DNA from: Macrostomum lignano
Lineage: Eukaryota
Assembly: GCA_002269645.1 (NCBI GenBank)
Contig: NIVC01000217.1
Coordinates: 1 to 64,000, forward strand
DNA length: 64,000 nt
Reading direction: 5' to 3'
Below the pieces are notes generated by a model, which was not told the origin of the DNA, searched no databases, and saw only the letters and a list, made by a program, of their open reading frames with translations. This document shows positions 37,817 to 50,744 of this stretch, piece after piece. Within the stretch, counting starts at the first letter, position 1. Every line of letters starts with the position of its first letter. The position numbers and the translations under genes are program-made.

Positions 37817-38239
37817 TAGTTCGGGTTTGTTATTCTAAAGAAAATACTACATAAGCCAATCTAAAGAAGAGTTGCATTGAATAATAGAAAGAAAGAAAAG
37901 TGAGTGGGGCGCTGGGCCCAGATCAGTATATTTTATATTTACAAAGCTGTTCAAGCCCGCGGATTTTGAAGCCGGGGAATTCCAATCCCCGGCTGGAACT
38001 ATGAATTCTAAAATCTAAGGTCATACTCAAACAAAAACTTGTTAATAGTTACGGTAAAGGTAAACATAAAATGGAGTGCATTCGTGTTAAATTAGAATTT
38101 GAGGCAAACATTGATCTTATAGGCTGGGGTTTCTGCGAAGAATGTCAGGAAAGATCTGTCTGACTCTAAAACAAGCTAGTATTGGCAAACTCTGGCCTCT
38201 GCCTCTGACTCTCCCTACGTCCCTTGGATCCTGTGAAAC

Positions 38240-38470
38240 TTCTATCTTCTCTTCTGTTTCCTCTCTTCTCTCTCTCTCTCTCTCCTCTTTCCTCTTTTAT
38301 TCTCTCTCCTCTCCTCTCTCCTCTCTTCCTTCTCATATCTATTCTCTTCTCTCTCTCCTCTCTTCTCTCTCGTCTGCTCTCTTATCTCTCCGTTATCCTA
38401 TTTTATATATTCTATTCTCATTTCTCTCTGCTCTCTACTCTCCCTACTCTCTCCTCTCTTCTCATTCCTC
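38240..38470 (+). repeat. CT-rich low-complexity tract
   Basis: Degenerate (CT)n/(CTCTT)n. Confidence 0.85.
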
Positions 38471-39093
38471 ACTCAATTCCCTCTCTTATTAACACGGCGG
38501 ACGCAGAAAGTTACATGCATTTACGTCTCCAATTATCGACAGTTGCAGCCTCAACGTCGTCCGGTACGCGACGGTCTTCGATTCTTCGTGTTGAACCATC
38601 ACGCCCACACGCTCCACGCCCACGCCAATTGCAGCACGAGATACACAAAACAGTTTTTGCTCGCAACCTTGTAAGTGAGAGGAACTTGATTCGCTATATT
38701 ATCAGCAGCTGCAGATTACCTTTGAAGAGTCAAATCACGTGCACGTTTAGCAGAAGCAGCTCTTGGAAAGCAGAGCACGTTTCCCGGAGATATTTCAGAC
38801 CTCGAAAGCCTTCATCCCCGTCTGCCCCAGACATAAACACAAGCCGTTCAAAACAAGAGTGTAAACTTTCTCGATGAACTTTTTCTCAAAATCTTATTAA
38901 GCAGCTAGCTCGTCTCAGAAACGAGGATTATTGAACGGCTAATAGCTACGTACCTTTCTGGATTAGACGTTACGTACCTGTACTCTTACACGAAAAATCT
39001 TTTTGCGAGCTCGCGCGCGTTGTTTAAACAGCTACATGTATTTTCCAGCTTGCATGGCTGTTCAAAATTGTTATTATAGGAACTTATGTACGA

Positions 39094-39397
39094 CAGGGGC
39101 GTCGCCATATATATGGATTTTATGGTGGAGGCGATGAAACCAATAATTATACATGTACATCATGTACATAATGAAATTCTTACATGTACATTTTCAGATA
39201 CCGGGGTGTTGTCGTCAGCACTCATTTTAGCGCCGCGCGCATGATGCAGGCACTCAGTTTAGCGCCGCAGGTACCATGTTTTGTCACCCTGCAGCAAAAT
39301 TATTGATTTCCATAACGGGTCACAAGGTGGGTTGGGGGGGGGGGACAAAGCATTGGCATGTCCCCCCTAGCTGTCGCCCCCGTTGGCGACGCCCCTA
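39094..39397. mobile_element. Small non-autonomous DNA element (MITE)
   Basis: TIR AGGGGCGTCGCCA / TGGCGACGCCCCT; flanks TATGTACGA and TATTGTACGA resemble a degenerate TSD; subterminal poly-G/poly-C hairpin. Confidence 0.55.
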
Positions 39398-41312
39398 TAT
39401 TGTACGACGTTTTAAGTGATGTCAGCCGACCGCCGCCTCTTGATGTCACTTGAAAATGGGAACCTTTCAAGATGTTTAGCCCACTTTATAAAACGCATCG
39501 TCATATGTCAGCGACGTAATTTAAAAACACCCATGAATTTCTTATCGACTTCCATCGCCGTCGGGCCTCCATTATTCCTTTCAGTAGCTTGGATCGAGTA
39601 CCTAAATTAAATGGCACTTGGTGTTTCATAGCGCACCTGGTTTTGGCGTCTGTGCTTACTCAAAATGGTTTTCCTGAGAAATAACAAATAATTGTCTCAA
39701 CTGAAATGACAATTTATAGGAGTCCGAACAATGTTTTTGTCGTAATTAGTATTAACCGTTAATAGATCCTATACACTATTTTAATGATGAGTAAAATAAT
39801 GAAAAAGTGAAAATTAGTGTCAAAAGTCTTTTTAACAATTATTTTTTTCCAAATACAATCATTAATTTGTTCTATTACTTAAGAGAAAAAATTTGCAACT
39901 ATTTGAAATCAGAGCAGTCTTCGTCTCGTGCTCGTGAAACTTCTCTATTTACTGTGACACGTGCCAGGCTCTAACAAGCGTTGCGATTAGATTTTTAAAA
40001 GTTACATTCGATTCAACTCTTTTATCTTTTGCAATTATAACTTTATAAATTTTGTTAGCTTATAGCATATCGTCCCTATTTTGAAACCATAATTCCAATT
40101 CTACATTTTACTACTGTGTGGTACTTGGTAGGCCTACCTGTGATCTAGTCTAAGCCCCTAAGGCAAGGGGTATAAGACTTATTAGGTAAATAGGCCTACT
40201 TAAGTTAGCCTAGATGTAATAATAATTATTAATATATTGTTGCATTTGTGTTTAATGTCTAAGTAATTGTTTTTACAATATTGAGGATGGTTATGTTAGT
40301 AGGCCTATCAAATGTTTCATGAAAATTTACAAATTTGATAAATTCCTATCTTGCATGCCAATTACATTTTCAAATGCACGAAACAATAGTGATTAACAAG
40401 ACGCCTAGAAATTAGAAATCAATATGTCCTTTTTATATATTTTAGCCATTGCTAAAGCCTTAATTTTATTTTAAATGATAATATTTAGTTTGTAAGTGAA
40501 ATTTCTTTTTATCAGCATTTAGCAAATTTAATAAATTATGTTTAGGCCTAGCTTAACTTTCAAATAACAAACTTTGGTCCTTATTGTTGTAAGTTTATTT
40601 ATAGTAATACCAATTTCCTAAAACTTTAAAAAATGACCTGGGATTAGATCTGATTAGCAAAAATAAGCTTTTAATTTCATTTTTTAACTTTTCTTGCTTG
40701 TTTCTATTGGGTATAATTGTTTTCCTGACCTAGATTGTCTTACTAGTCAAATTATAATATTAATATTATGGGTTTGACAATGTTGTTAACTGATCAAAAT
40801 TTTAAAACAAGGTTTTTTATCCTTAGATAACAATTTACTTGTGCCTCTTTTACATAGAATTACTTAAATAAATTTTTTGTTGGCCAAGCTTAATATATAA
40901 TCTTCTAAAAGACTTTTTAATATGTTATGTACTATATTATCTTACTTCCAAATCTTTCATGTACAGGCCTACAAAATTCTGGCATATAGTGGAACTAAAG
41001 ATATATTTCAAGCATAATTCATGACATATTATAATAGTTATAATAGTAAATTTGTATGCCACTATAGCCAGCATAGCTATAATAATATACAAAAAATTAC
41101 TTTTTAAAATATTCTTTGTTAAAACAAAATAAAACAAGAAACACCATACAAATTTTATTTTTTTATTCACTTAAAGATTTTTATTTTAATAAAACTTTTT
41201 TAATTTAATTACTATTAATAAATGTTGACACAAAAACGATCTAAAATTTGGTATAGTCTTGTAATTTATTTGTGGCATACTAAATGTTATCATTGTTATC
41301 ATTTGTAACAAA

Positions 41313-41345
<33 letters not shown>

Positions 41346-41874
41346 ACATTTGGTATAAACTTGAATTTGTAGTATAAGGTGTCATTTTTTCTGGCATTCT
41401 ATGGAATTAATTTAGGAGTGTAACTATATCTTGATTAGAACTATAAAATATAGGATAGTATATAAATCATGAAACGTTATTTGAATGCCTTTTACTAAAT
41501 TAGTTCTAAAGGAATTTTTAATCTTCAATTTAAAGGTAAAGTAGCTTCAAAATTGACAAGGCAAGGTTTTATTGTGCTAGGCCTATTTAATATATAAAAG
41601 CTCTTCTCTAAGACATAAACATATATGCTTGTTTATAATTCTAGAATTAAATCAGCAGAATATCTATTATGATGGCTATGAGTATTGTGCTATAGTGTCT
41701 TCAATCTAAAGTGCTAGACAACTTAGTAAACCTGTCAAAACATTCACGCCTCTTACAGTACTTTAACTATTAGTTATTTCCCTAATAATTTACATCAAGA
41801 CATCAACTATATAATTGCTAACACATTATTAACTATACATTGCTGCGCTTCTATTCAATCTCTCTAAGCAAACA

Positions 41875-42471
41875 ATGGCCTCTGCAGCTGTTCTCAACCC
41901 CTCTGGCAGCCAGGGTGCTCCATCTTTCTCCTCTATCACCCTGTTTGAGTGCACCATCAGCAATGCCAGCATGCTAGTTGACAGCATGCCCGTCCGTGAC
42001 CTCATGACTGCATTCCGAATCGTTTCCCAGCTGAACAGCCACCTGGTGGAGGTCATGGACCCTCAGCTGCATCGCTTGGCTGACACAGCCGACCAGCAGC
42101 AGCAGCCGGCACCGCCGCCACCCCCGCCGCCGCAGGCGCGAACTCTACCGGGCCTGCCCGCGATGCCGCAGACCTCCATGCAGCACCAGCAGCGCCTCAC
42201 TAAAGCCGAGCTCAAAGAAGCCGCCGCTGCCGCCGCCGCTGCAGCAGCCGCCGCCGCAGCCGCCGCCAACGCCGCCTCGGATGATGATGGTGGCGGCCTT
42301 ATTGAAGACGAGTTCAGCGCCATCAGCGGCGCCGAGATGAGCGCCGATACGAGCGACCTGCTTGGCGCCGGTGTTGGCAACTCCATGCTAGCATCCTATC
42401 AGCCGATTCCGCCTACGAAGAAGTCACGTGGTAGCGATCTGGCAGGGGACGAGCTGTCGACTGAATGGAAG
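41875..42471 (+). CDS. C14orf93/DUF4616-like protein, exon 1 (low-complexity N-terminus with poly-Q, poly-P and poly-A)
   Basis: ATG in AAACAATGG context, 199 open codons, donor AAG|GTGAGC (phase 0). Confidence 0.75.
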
Positions 42472-42529
42472 GTGAGCTCAGTAGCGGTTTGCGCTTTACG
42501 CACATGATGCCCCTTATCAAGGCGCCTAC

Positions 42530-42990
42530 TAGTATGGCGCCCCTAATCCTGGCGCCCCTTAGCATGAACCCTTTATCATCGCGACCCTCGGCATGGCGCC
42601 CTCATTGCATCGACGCCACTTAGCATGGCGCCCCTTAGCATGGCGCTACTTAGCATAGCGCTACTTAGAATGGCGCTACTTAGAATGGCGCTACTTAGAA
42701 TGGCGCTACTAAGAATGGCGCTACTTAGAATGGCGCTACTTAGAATGGCGCTAGTAAGAATGGCGCTACTTAGAATGGCGCTACTAAGAATGGCGCTACT
42801 TAGCATAGCGCTACTTAGCATGGCGCTACTTAGCATAGCGCTACTTAGAATGGCGCTACTTAGAATGGCGCTACTAAGAATGGCGCTACTTAGCATGGCG
42901 CCCCCTCAGCATGGCGCTACTTAGCATGGCGCCCCCTCAGCATGGCAAACCCTTAGCATGGCACCCATTAGAATGGTGCCCATTATCGTG
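42530..42990 (+). repeat. 15-bp intronic minisatellite (TAGAATGGCGCTACT)
   Basis: About 20 clean units at 42620-42925 with decayed flanks. Confidence 0.93.
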
Positions 42991-44082
42991 ACGTCCCTTA
43001 GAATGTCGCTTCTTAGCATGGCTGAAAAATCAAAACAGAAGGTCAAATTATCTTTCAATTTGTGCCAATTGCAAGTCATTGAAAGTCATTTCTTTTACTC
43101 TGAGGAATTTTTCACTACTAAACACCCTCTGTGTGATATATGACGGGCGCATTGTGCAAAGCCTCTTAAAACTTAAAATTTATTGCGCAATCGCTAGCTA
43201 ACTAAATCGCTCCAATTCTCTACACAACACCTTTGCCTTCACCTTCACATTCCCATCTCTTTATCTATATTCTATTATCGATCGTATATTTACTCGGCTT
43301 GGACATTGTCAGCGTAAAAAAGGGGAGAGAAGGCTGGAGGCTCAGTCACTAAAGCTCACTAAGAAGAGCAGACAAGAATCGTCAATATCTCAGATAAAAT
43401 GGGGTGAGAGAGAGAGAAGAGAGAGGAGAGGACAGAGAAGGCTTAGAGAAGAAGAGAGAAAGACGAGAGAGACAAGCTCTAATGCGTATTGCCAATCTGA
43501 GTTAGAATTGAATGAGAGAACTGTCTAAATGGGAAGGAAAGAGAGACGGAGAGAGGGGGAGAGAGGAGACGAGACAGGGACAGAGCAGTGGGTTTCTCAG
43601 TGTAAGATCTAGATATGAAGAGAGGCATGCACAGCCTGGACTGAGCGTGCAATAAAACGAGAGTAGAGAGAGAGAGCGGCCCGTAGGGGAGAGAGACGGA
43701 GAGAGCAGACTGAGAGGCTTGGAGAGTCTATGCTAGCTATCAGATATTTGGGCGGGGTCAGAGAGGGAGGGGGGAGACGGAGAGCTCCGCGCTTCTCCAC
43801 CACCCTGTGAGCCGTGTGCCGACTTCGCAGGGTGAGAATTAGAATGAGAAAAAAAGTGGCTGACTCACTCACAGCTAGACTTGCAGTGAGAGAGAAAGAA
43901 GCAAGGGAGGACTGCGGGCCTCTAGAGTGAGAGATTTGCCATTGCCATCCTGAGAAGCTAGACTGATAAAACAGCGTAATTTAATGATAGCGGGAAATGT
44001 AACCCAGCGACAATGCTTGAGACACATTCTTAAGATTTTGTAGATTTTTTAATCTAAATATTCAACAATTTAAATTTAGTCT

Positions 44083-45847
44083 TAAAGTCAGCTGATCCCA
44101 GATCCCGATTGATTTAGTCCCAAAGTCAGCTGATCCCAGATCCCGATTGATTTAGTCCCAAAGTCAGCTGGTCCCAGATCCCGATTGATTTAGTCCCAAA
44201 GTCAGCTGGTCCCAGATCCCGATTGATTTATTAGTCCCAAAGTCAGCTGGTCCCAGATCCCGATTGATTTAGTCCCAAAGTCAGCTGGTCCCAGATCCCG
44301 ATTGATTTAGTCCCAAAGTCAGCTGGTCCTAGATCCCGATTGATTTAGTCCCAAAGTCAGCTGGTCCCAGATCCCGATTGATTTATTAGTCCCAAAGTCA
44401 GCTGATCCCAGATCCCGATAGATTTATTAGTCCCAAAGTCAGCTAATCCCAGATCCCGATTGATTTAGTCCCAAAGTCAGCTGATCCCAGATCCCGATTG
44501 ATTTAGTCCCAAAGTCAGCTGATCCCAGATCCCGATAGATTTATTAGTCCCAAAGTCAGCTGATCCCAGATCCCGATTGATTTATTAGTCCCAAAGTCAG
44601 CTGATCCCAGATCCCGATTGATTTATTAGTCCCAAAGTCAGCTGATCCCAGGTCCCGATTGATTTATTAGTCCCAAAGTCAGCTGATCCCAGATCCCGAT
44701 TGATTTATTAGTCCCAAAGTCAGCTGATCCCAGATCCCGATTGATTTATTAGTCCCAAAGTCAGCTGATCCCAGATCCCGATAGATTTATTAGTCCCAAA
44801 GTCAGCTGATCCCAGATCCCGATAGATTTATTAGTCCCAAAGTCAGCTGATCCCAGATCCCGATTGATTTATTAGTCCCAAAGTCAGCTGATCCCAGATC
44901 CCGATTGATTTAGTCCCAAAGTCAGCTGATCCCAGATCCCGATTGATTTATTAGTCCCAAAGTCAGCTGATCCCAGATCCCGATAGATTTAGTCCCAAAG
45001 TCAGCTGATCCCAGATCCCGATTGATTTAGTTCCAAAGTCAGCTGATCCCAGATCCCGATTGATTTATTAGTCCCAAAGTCAGCTGATCCCAGATCCCGA
45101 TAGATTTAGTCCCAAAGTCAGCTGATCCCAGATCCCGATTGATTTAGTCCTAAAGTCAGCTCATCCCAGATCCCGATTGATTTATTAGTCCCAAAGTCAG
45201 CTGATCCCAGATCCCGATTGATTTATTAGTCCCAAAGTCAGCTGATCCCAGATCCCGATAGATTTATTAGTCCCAAAGTCAGCTGATCCCAGATCCCGAT
45301 AGATTTAGTCCCAAAGTCAGCTGATCCCAGATCCCGATTGATTTAGTCCTAAAGTCAGCTGATCCCAGATCCCGATTGATTTAGTCCTAAAGTCAGCTGA
45401 TCCCAGATCCCGATTGATTTATTAGTCCCAAAGTCAGCTGATCCCAGATCCCGATTGATTTATTAGTCCCAAAGTCAGCTGATCCCAGATCCCGATAGAT
45501 TTATTAGTCCCAAAGTCAGCTGATCCCAGATCCCGATAGATTTAGTCCCAAAGTCAGCTGATCCCAGATCCCGATTGATTTAGTTCCAAAGTCAGCTGAT
45601 CCCAGATCCCGATAAATTTATTAGTCCCAAAGTCAGCTGATCCTAGATCCCGATAGATTTAGTCCCAAAGTCAGCTGATCCTAGATCCCGATAGATTTAG
45701 TCCCAAAGTCAGCTGATCCCAGATCCCGAAAGATTTAGTCCCAAAGTCAGCTGATCCCAGATCCCGATAGATTTAGTCCCAAAGTCAGCTGATCCCAGAT
45801 CCCGATAGATTTATTAGTCCCAAAGTCAGCTGATCCCAGATCCCGAT
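44083..45847 (+). repeat. 37/41-bp intronic minisatellite (TAGTCCCAAAGTCAGCTGATCCCAGATCCCGATTGATT[TAT])
   Basis: About 45 units with two interspersed length variants. Confidence 0.97.
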
Positions 45848-46689
45848 CCTTAATCCCGATTCCTCACCCCATAAGTCCCTGTGATCCAATGAATTTCAAT
45901 TTTTAACATCTTTGCAAACGTGTCATTACTAGTAAGATTTACATGGCTAAACTAGAAGCAACATAGGAAGGAGTCTAAAATAAGAAGATAGATGCATTGA
46001 TGATCTAGCCAGACCAAGCGCGAGACTCTTGTAGCAGAGATAGAGGGAGGGAGAGACAGAGACAGGCTTATAGATACTATAGATTCATTTAAAACAGATA
46101 GGAAACGAGTGGAGTGGAGAGACAGAGAGAGAGGGGGGGGAGAGGGAAGGAGTGTATGAGGGAGAAGGCAGTGTGGCTGGCTAGGGTTTCAGAATCGGTC
46201 AGGGAAGGGTTGTAAGAGTTGGATAGAAGGCAGAGAGGGAGAGGAGGGAGAGAGGCAGAGAGAGAGAGAGAGACGCACACACAGACCTAAGGCACAAGTC
46301 AAAGAGATTGCTAGAGAGAGAAACAGGAGAGAGGCCGAAGCCTCAGTTGCGGGACTGTTGTGTGCAGGATCTGCGGAGTGGAGAGAGGGGGAGAGAGAGA
46401 GGGAGGGAGAGAAAGAGGGAGAGGGAGGCAGGGAAGGAAAGAGAGGCAGATCCAGATCGAATAGGCTTTTTTTAGTTGGGCTCTGGTCGCCTAGGCCCTC
46501 ACAAGTTATGGCTCATTTAGCGCTGAGAGATGTACGGTTTTTCACAGGGGTGTCACCATAGATATACCAGTGTGGTGGGTGGTAGGACAGAGTCACAGAG
46601 AGCCAAGAATGCTAGGCAGAAAATTCCTATACAAAAAATAGAATTTTCGGGCAATTAAAGTTGTTAGTATTGATTTTTTTGTTTCTTTG

Positions 46690-47467
46690 GCGCCTCAGGT
46701 ACTCATTGTTAGCGTCTTAGGTACTCATTTTAGCGTCTCGGGCACTCATTTTAGCGCCCCAGGTACTCATTTAGCGTCTCAGGTACTCATTTTAGCGCCT
46801 CAGATACTCATTGTTAGCGTCTTAGGTACTCATTTTAGCGCCTCGGGTACTCATTTAGCGCCTCAGATACTCTTTAGCGTCTCAGGTACTCATTTAGCGC
46901 CCCAGGTACTCATTTAGCGTCTCAGGTAGTCATTTAGCGCCTCAGGTAGTCATTTAGCGTCTCAGGTACTCATTTAGCGTCTCAGGTAGTCATTTAGCGC
47001 CTCTGGTACTCATTTTAGCGTCTCAGGTACTCATTTAGCGTCTCAGGCACTCATTTTAGCGCCTCTGGTACTCATTTTAGCGCCTCTGGTAGTCATTTAG
47101 CGTCTCAGGCACTCATTTAGCGCCTCTGGCACTCATTTTAGCGCCTCAGGTAGTCATTTAGCGTCTCAGGCACTCATTTAGCGCCTCTGGTACTCATTTT
47201 AGCGCCCCAGGTACTCATTTAGCGTCTCAGGTACTCATTTTAGCGCCTCAGATACTCATTGTTAGCGTCTTAGGTACTCATTTTAGTGCCTCGGGTACTC
47301 ATTTAGCGCCTCAGATACTTTTTAGCGTCTCAGGTACTCATTTAGCGCCCCAGGTACTCATTTAGCGTCTCAGGTAGTCATTTAGCGCCTCAGGTAGTCA
47401 TTTAGCGTCTCAGGTACTCATTTAGCGTCTCAGGCACTCATTTAGCGCCTCTGGCACTCATTTTAGT
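46690..47467 (+). repeat. 20/21-bp intronic minisatellite (GCGTCTCAGGTACTCATTTA)
   Basis: About 37 units, with a longer higher-order block repeated at ~46790 and ~47240. Confidence 0.95.
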
Positions 47468-48419
47468 ATGGGTCGATTAAGCCACATTTTTTGTTAACTT
47501 TGTTTTGCAAAAGGCGGCTTGATGAGCCATCACTATAGAGGAGAGAGGACATTAGAGAGGAGAGACACAAGCCTATCGTAAAGTTTTAAAGGACAGAGTG
47601 GCTTCGTGGGTCGGAGTTAAACAATCGCAGTGGCAAATAGCAGCCTTTGTATAAATATAAATGCCATACTAAACATTGAAATGATATTTTAGATTATTTT
47701 ATTTTATTAAGACTTAAAGAAACTGACAAAATGAATGAAGCAAACGAATGGTTATGGCTAGGATGGCTACTGAGGCTGCAAGAGGGAAGAGAGGTAGATG
47801 AAGGCTTTTCCTTGCTCGGATAGCGAGACTGTAAACTTGGGGGGGGGGAGAGAGGGGAGGGAGAGAGGGATAGAGGGGGAGAGACTGAAGAGAAGACAGG
47901 GAAGCGGGAAGAGATGACTAAAAGAGAGCTGTGTGTCTGCGCTGCGTTTGGGGGCTTTGAGAGGAGAGGGTAGAGAGAGATCCCCCCCCCCGCAGATGGC
48001 GCAGACGACCTCTGCAGTTCCCGCGTCAGCCTGGATGAGAGGCAGACTGAGAGAGAGAGAGAGGGAGAGGAGAAAGCAGGAAAATCCTCCCATTTCTGTG
48101 CCTCCCTATTCAGCGAGTTGTGCCTTGGAATTGAGAGGGGAACACGAGTGGAGAATAATAGGGGAATAAAGGCCGAACTGGAACTAAGAAGGAGCAAATG
48201 GGGCAAAACACGGGGCTTTACGATGGGGCAAAACATCCCCACTTTTTTAAGATTTGGAATTTGACGTTAGGGATTTCTGATAGAATAAGATAGGTGAAAA
48301 TGAGAAGAAGTTGTGAAAGAAGGTTTAGAAGAATTTTATTTCACTTTAGCAGATAGGGCGATCCTGTGCTCAAAATGGTTTCGAAATTGGCTTTTTAATT
48401 CTAATATTGAATTCCCAAA

Positions 48420-49075
48420 TCAACGATCCCAGATCCCAGATTCCAAATATTAAAGATCCCAGATGCCAAATATCAAGGATCCCATATCCCAAAAATCAGA
48501 GATCCCAGATCCTAAAAATCAGAGATCCCAGATCCCAAAAATCAGAAATCCCAGATCCCAAAAATCAAAGATCCCAGATCCTTGATATCCCAAAATCTAT
48601 AATTCCAGATCCTAAAAACTAAAGTAAAGATCCTAGATCCTAAAAGATCGAAGATCTCGGGTCCCAAATATCAAGGATCCCAGATTCCAAAAATCAAAGA
48701 TCCCAGATTCCAAAATCAGCGATCCCAGATCCCAAAAATGAGATCCCAGATCCCAAAAATCAAATATCCTATATTCCAAATATCAATGATCCCAGATTCA
48801 AAATATCATGGATCCCAGATCCCAAAATCAAAGATCCCAGATCCCAAAAATCAAATATCCTATATTCCAAATATCAATGATCCCAGATTCAAAAAATCAA
48901 GGATCCCAGATCCCAAAATCAAAGATCCCAGATCCCAAAAATCAGAGATCCCAGATCCCAAAATCAGAGATCCCAGATCCCAAAATCAGAGATCCCAGAT
49001 CCCAAAAATCAAGGATCCCAGATTCCAAATATCATGGATCCCAGATTCCAAATATCAAGGATTCAAGGTCCCAAT
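48420..49075 (+). repeat. ~22-bp degenerate minisatellite (GATCCCAGATCCCAAAAATCAA)
   Basis: Recurrent ATCCCAGATCCCAAAA units. Confidence 0.9.
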
Positions 49076-49171
49076 AATCTTGGATTTTTGGATTTTGAAA
49101 GATTACAATTGTTCAGTTTTCACCTTGGAACTCCGCTATCAATAATCTACCTATCCCACCCTACTCCGCAG

Positions 49172-49340
49172 GGCATCCTTCGCAAGGCCTACCGTGAGCT
49201 CAAAGAGGAGAGCAACAGCAGCGTATTTGACTTCTCTGTGCCCTACTCGGCGCCTGTGAATCGCGAGGCGGCTCGCATGGTGATTGAGAGGGCCCGCACT
49301 ATGACCAACTTTACGCCAGCCAATCTGAACTCGTGGACCA
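49172..49340 (+). CDS. C14orf93/DUF4616-like protein, exon 2
   Basis: CCGCAG| acceptor, GILRKAYRELKEESNSSVFDFSVPYSAPVNREAARMVIERAR..., donor A|GTGAGT; phases 0 and 1 fit the neighbouring exons. Confidence 0.8.
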
Positions 49341-49435
49341 GTGAGTGCTTGAGTTTAGTTATTTAAATTATGGTTAAATTTACGAGCGTATTATAGAAAA
49401 CTTTTATTGTATATTTTGGCACTCCGTAATTGCAG

Positions 49436-49548
49436 AGCTAGCCGAGAAGTACACCAAGCTCTATTATCTGGGCACCTTGCGCAAGATGCACCGCGAGAAG
49501 CACCGACCGGACACTGGCAAATTTGATCACCTGTTTAAAGTGATGTTT
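49436..49548 (+). CDS. C14orf93/DUF4616-like protein, exon 3
   Basis: TTGCAG| acceptor, (K)LAEKYTKLYYLGTLRKMHREKHRPDTGKFDHLFKVMF, donor |GTAAGT. Confidence 0.8.
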
Positions 49549-49756
49549 GTAAGTGCAAAATTACTTATTAGTTACTTTTTTATATTTAAACCCGTATTTT
49601 TATCATGCTACTTATAATAAAATTGAGTAGTCTAGATTGCTTATAATGCTTTTTTGTAAAAAGCTCCGGAACCAAGCTTTTTAAATAGGTTTATTGGACA
49701 AGGCTTTACCAGGTACTTCAAAAAGTCTACGAAATTCTTGGGTAGAAAATTCAAAT

Positions 49757-50262
49757 CACAGATCCCAATATCCTTTGGGTCCCAAATGGAAAGATCCCAA
49801 TTCCCTTGGGTCCCGAATGGAAAGATCCCAGATCCCAATATCCCTTGAGTCCCGAATGGAAAGATCCCAGATCCCAATATCCCTTGAGTCCCGAATGGAA
49901 AGATCCCAGATCCCAATATCCCTTGAGTCCCGAATGGAAAGATCCCAGATCCCAATATCCCTTGGGTCCCGAATGGAAAGATCCCAGATCCCAATATCCC
50001 TTGGGTCCCGAATGGAAAGATCCCAGATCCCAATATCCCTTGAGTCCCGAATAAAAAGATCCCAGATCCCAATATCCCTTGGGTCCCGAATGGAAAGATC
50101 CCAGATCCCAATATCCTTTGAGTCCCGAATTAAAAAATCCCTGATCCTAATACACATTGAATCCCGAATGGAAGAATCCCAGATCCTAGTATCCCTTGAG
50201 TCCCGAATGGAAAGATCTCAGATCCCAATATCCCTTTGAGTCCCGAATAGAAAGATCTGAAA
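49757..50262 (+). repeat. 39-bp intronic minisatellite (GAATGGAAAGATCCCAGATCCCAATATCCCTTGAGTCCC)
   Basis: About 13 units. Confidence 0.95.
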
Positions 50263-50408
50263 TCCCAATCTTCAATTCTATGTTTCTCGACTCCCAAAAA
50301 GTTCCCAAATCCTAAACTAATAATCCTAGCATCGAGGATCAAAATAAAGTATATTTTCGATACATATCGGCAGTCAATTTCACTTGGCTACCAAACCCGA
50401 ATCCCCAG

Positions 50409-50744
50409 AAACTGAACCGACGTCAGAAGGCCTACGAGACTCTGAAACCCGGGCTTGAAGCCGGCGATCGAACCCGATTTGAGTCCGTGCTCAACCGCGA
50501 CTACACCTCATCGGATGAGGAGACGCCCTCTGAGGCGGACGGGCAGCTGCGGGTGAAGCAGTTGCCATGGGAATCTGAGGAGCTACGCGGCATGAAGGCT
50601 CGCCTGGATGAGATTTTCTACACCAGCCTGGCTGATGAGAAGCAGCGAGCCGAGGTGGACAGGGTGCATCGCGATGGCCAGGTGCTCAGCTCCCGGCCTC
50701 CCCCTAGCGACGGTGTTGACTGGGCCAAGTCCATCGCCGAGTGA
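50409..50744 (+). CDS. C14orf93/DUF4616-like protein, last exon (joined CDS is 1215 nt, 404 aa)
   Basis: CCCCAG| acceptor; KLNRRQKAY...DYTSSDEE...QLRVKQLPWESEELRGMKARLD...SSRPPP resembles the recalled C14orf93 C-terminus (ELMSDEED...PPRFRAQRLTELCYHLD...SDRLP); AATAAA at ~50784. Confidence 0.8.
   Translation, partial: KLNRRQKAYETLKPGLEAGDRTRFESVLNRDYTSSDEETPSEADGQLRVKQLPWESEELRGMKARLDEIFYTSLADEKQRAEVDRVHRDGQVLSSRPPPSDGVDWAKSIAE

Noticed and set aside
39700-41800. Very AT-rich block as a possible organellar insertion or foreign DNA
   Set aside because: No mitochondrial gene, tRNA or long ORF is recognisable; treated as ordinary intergenic or intronic sequence.
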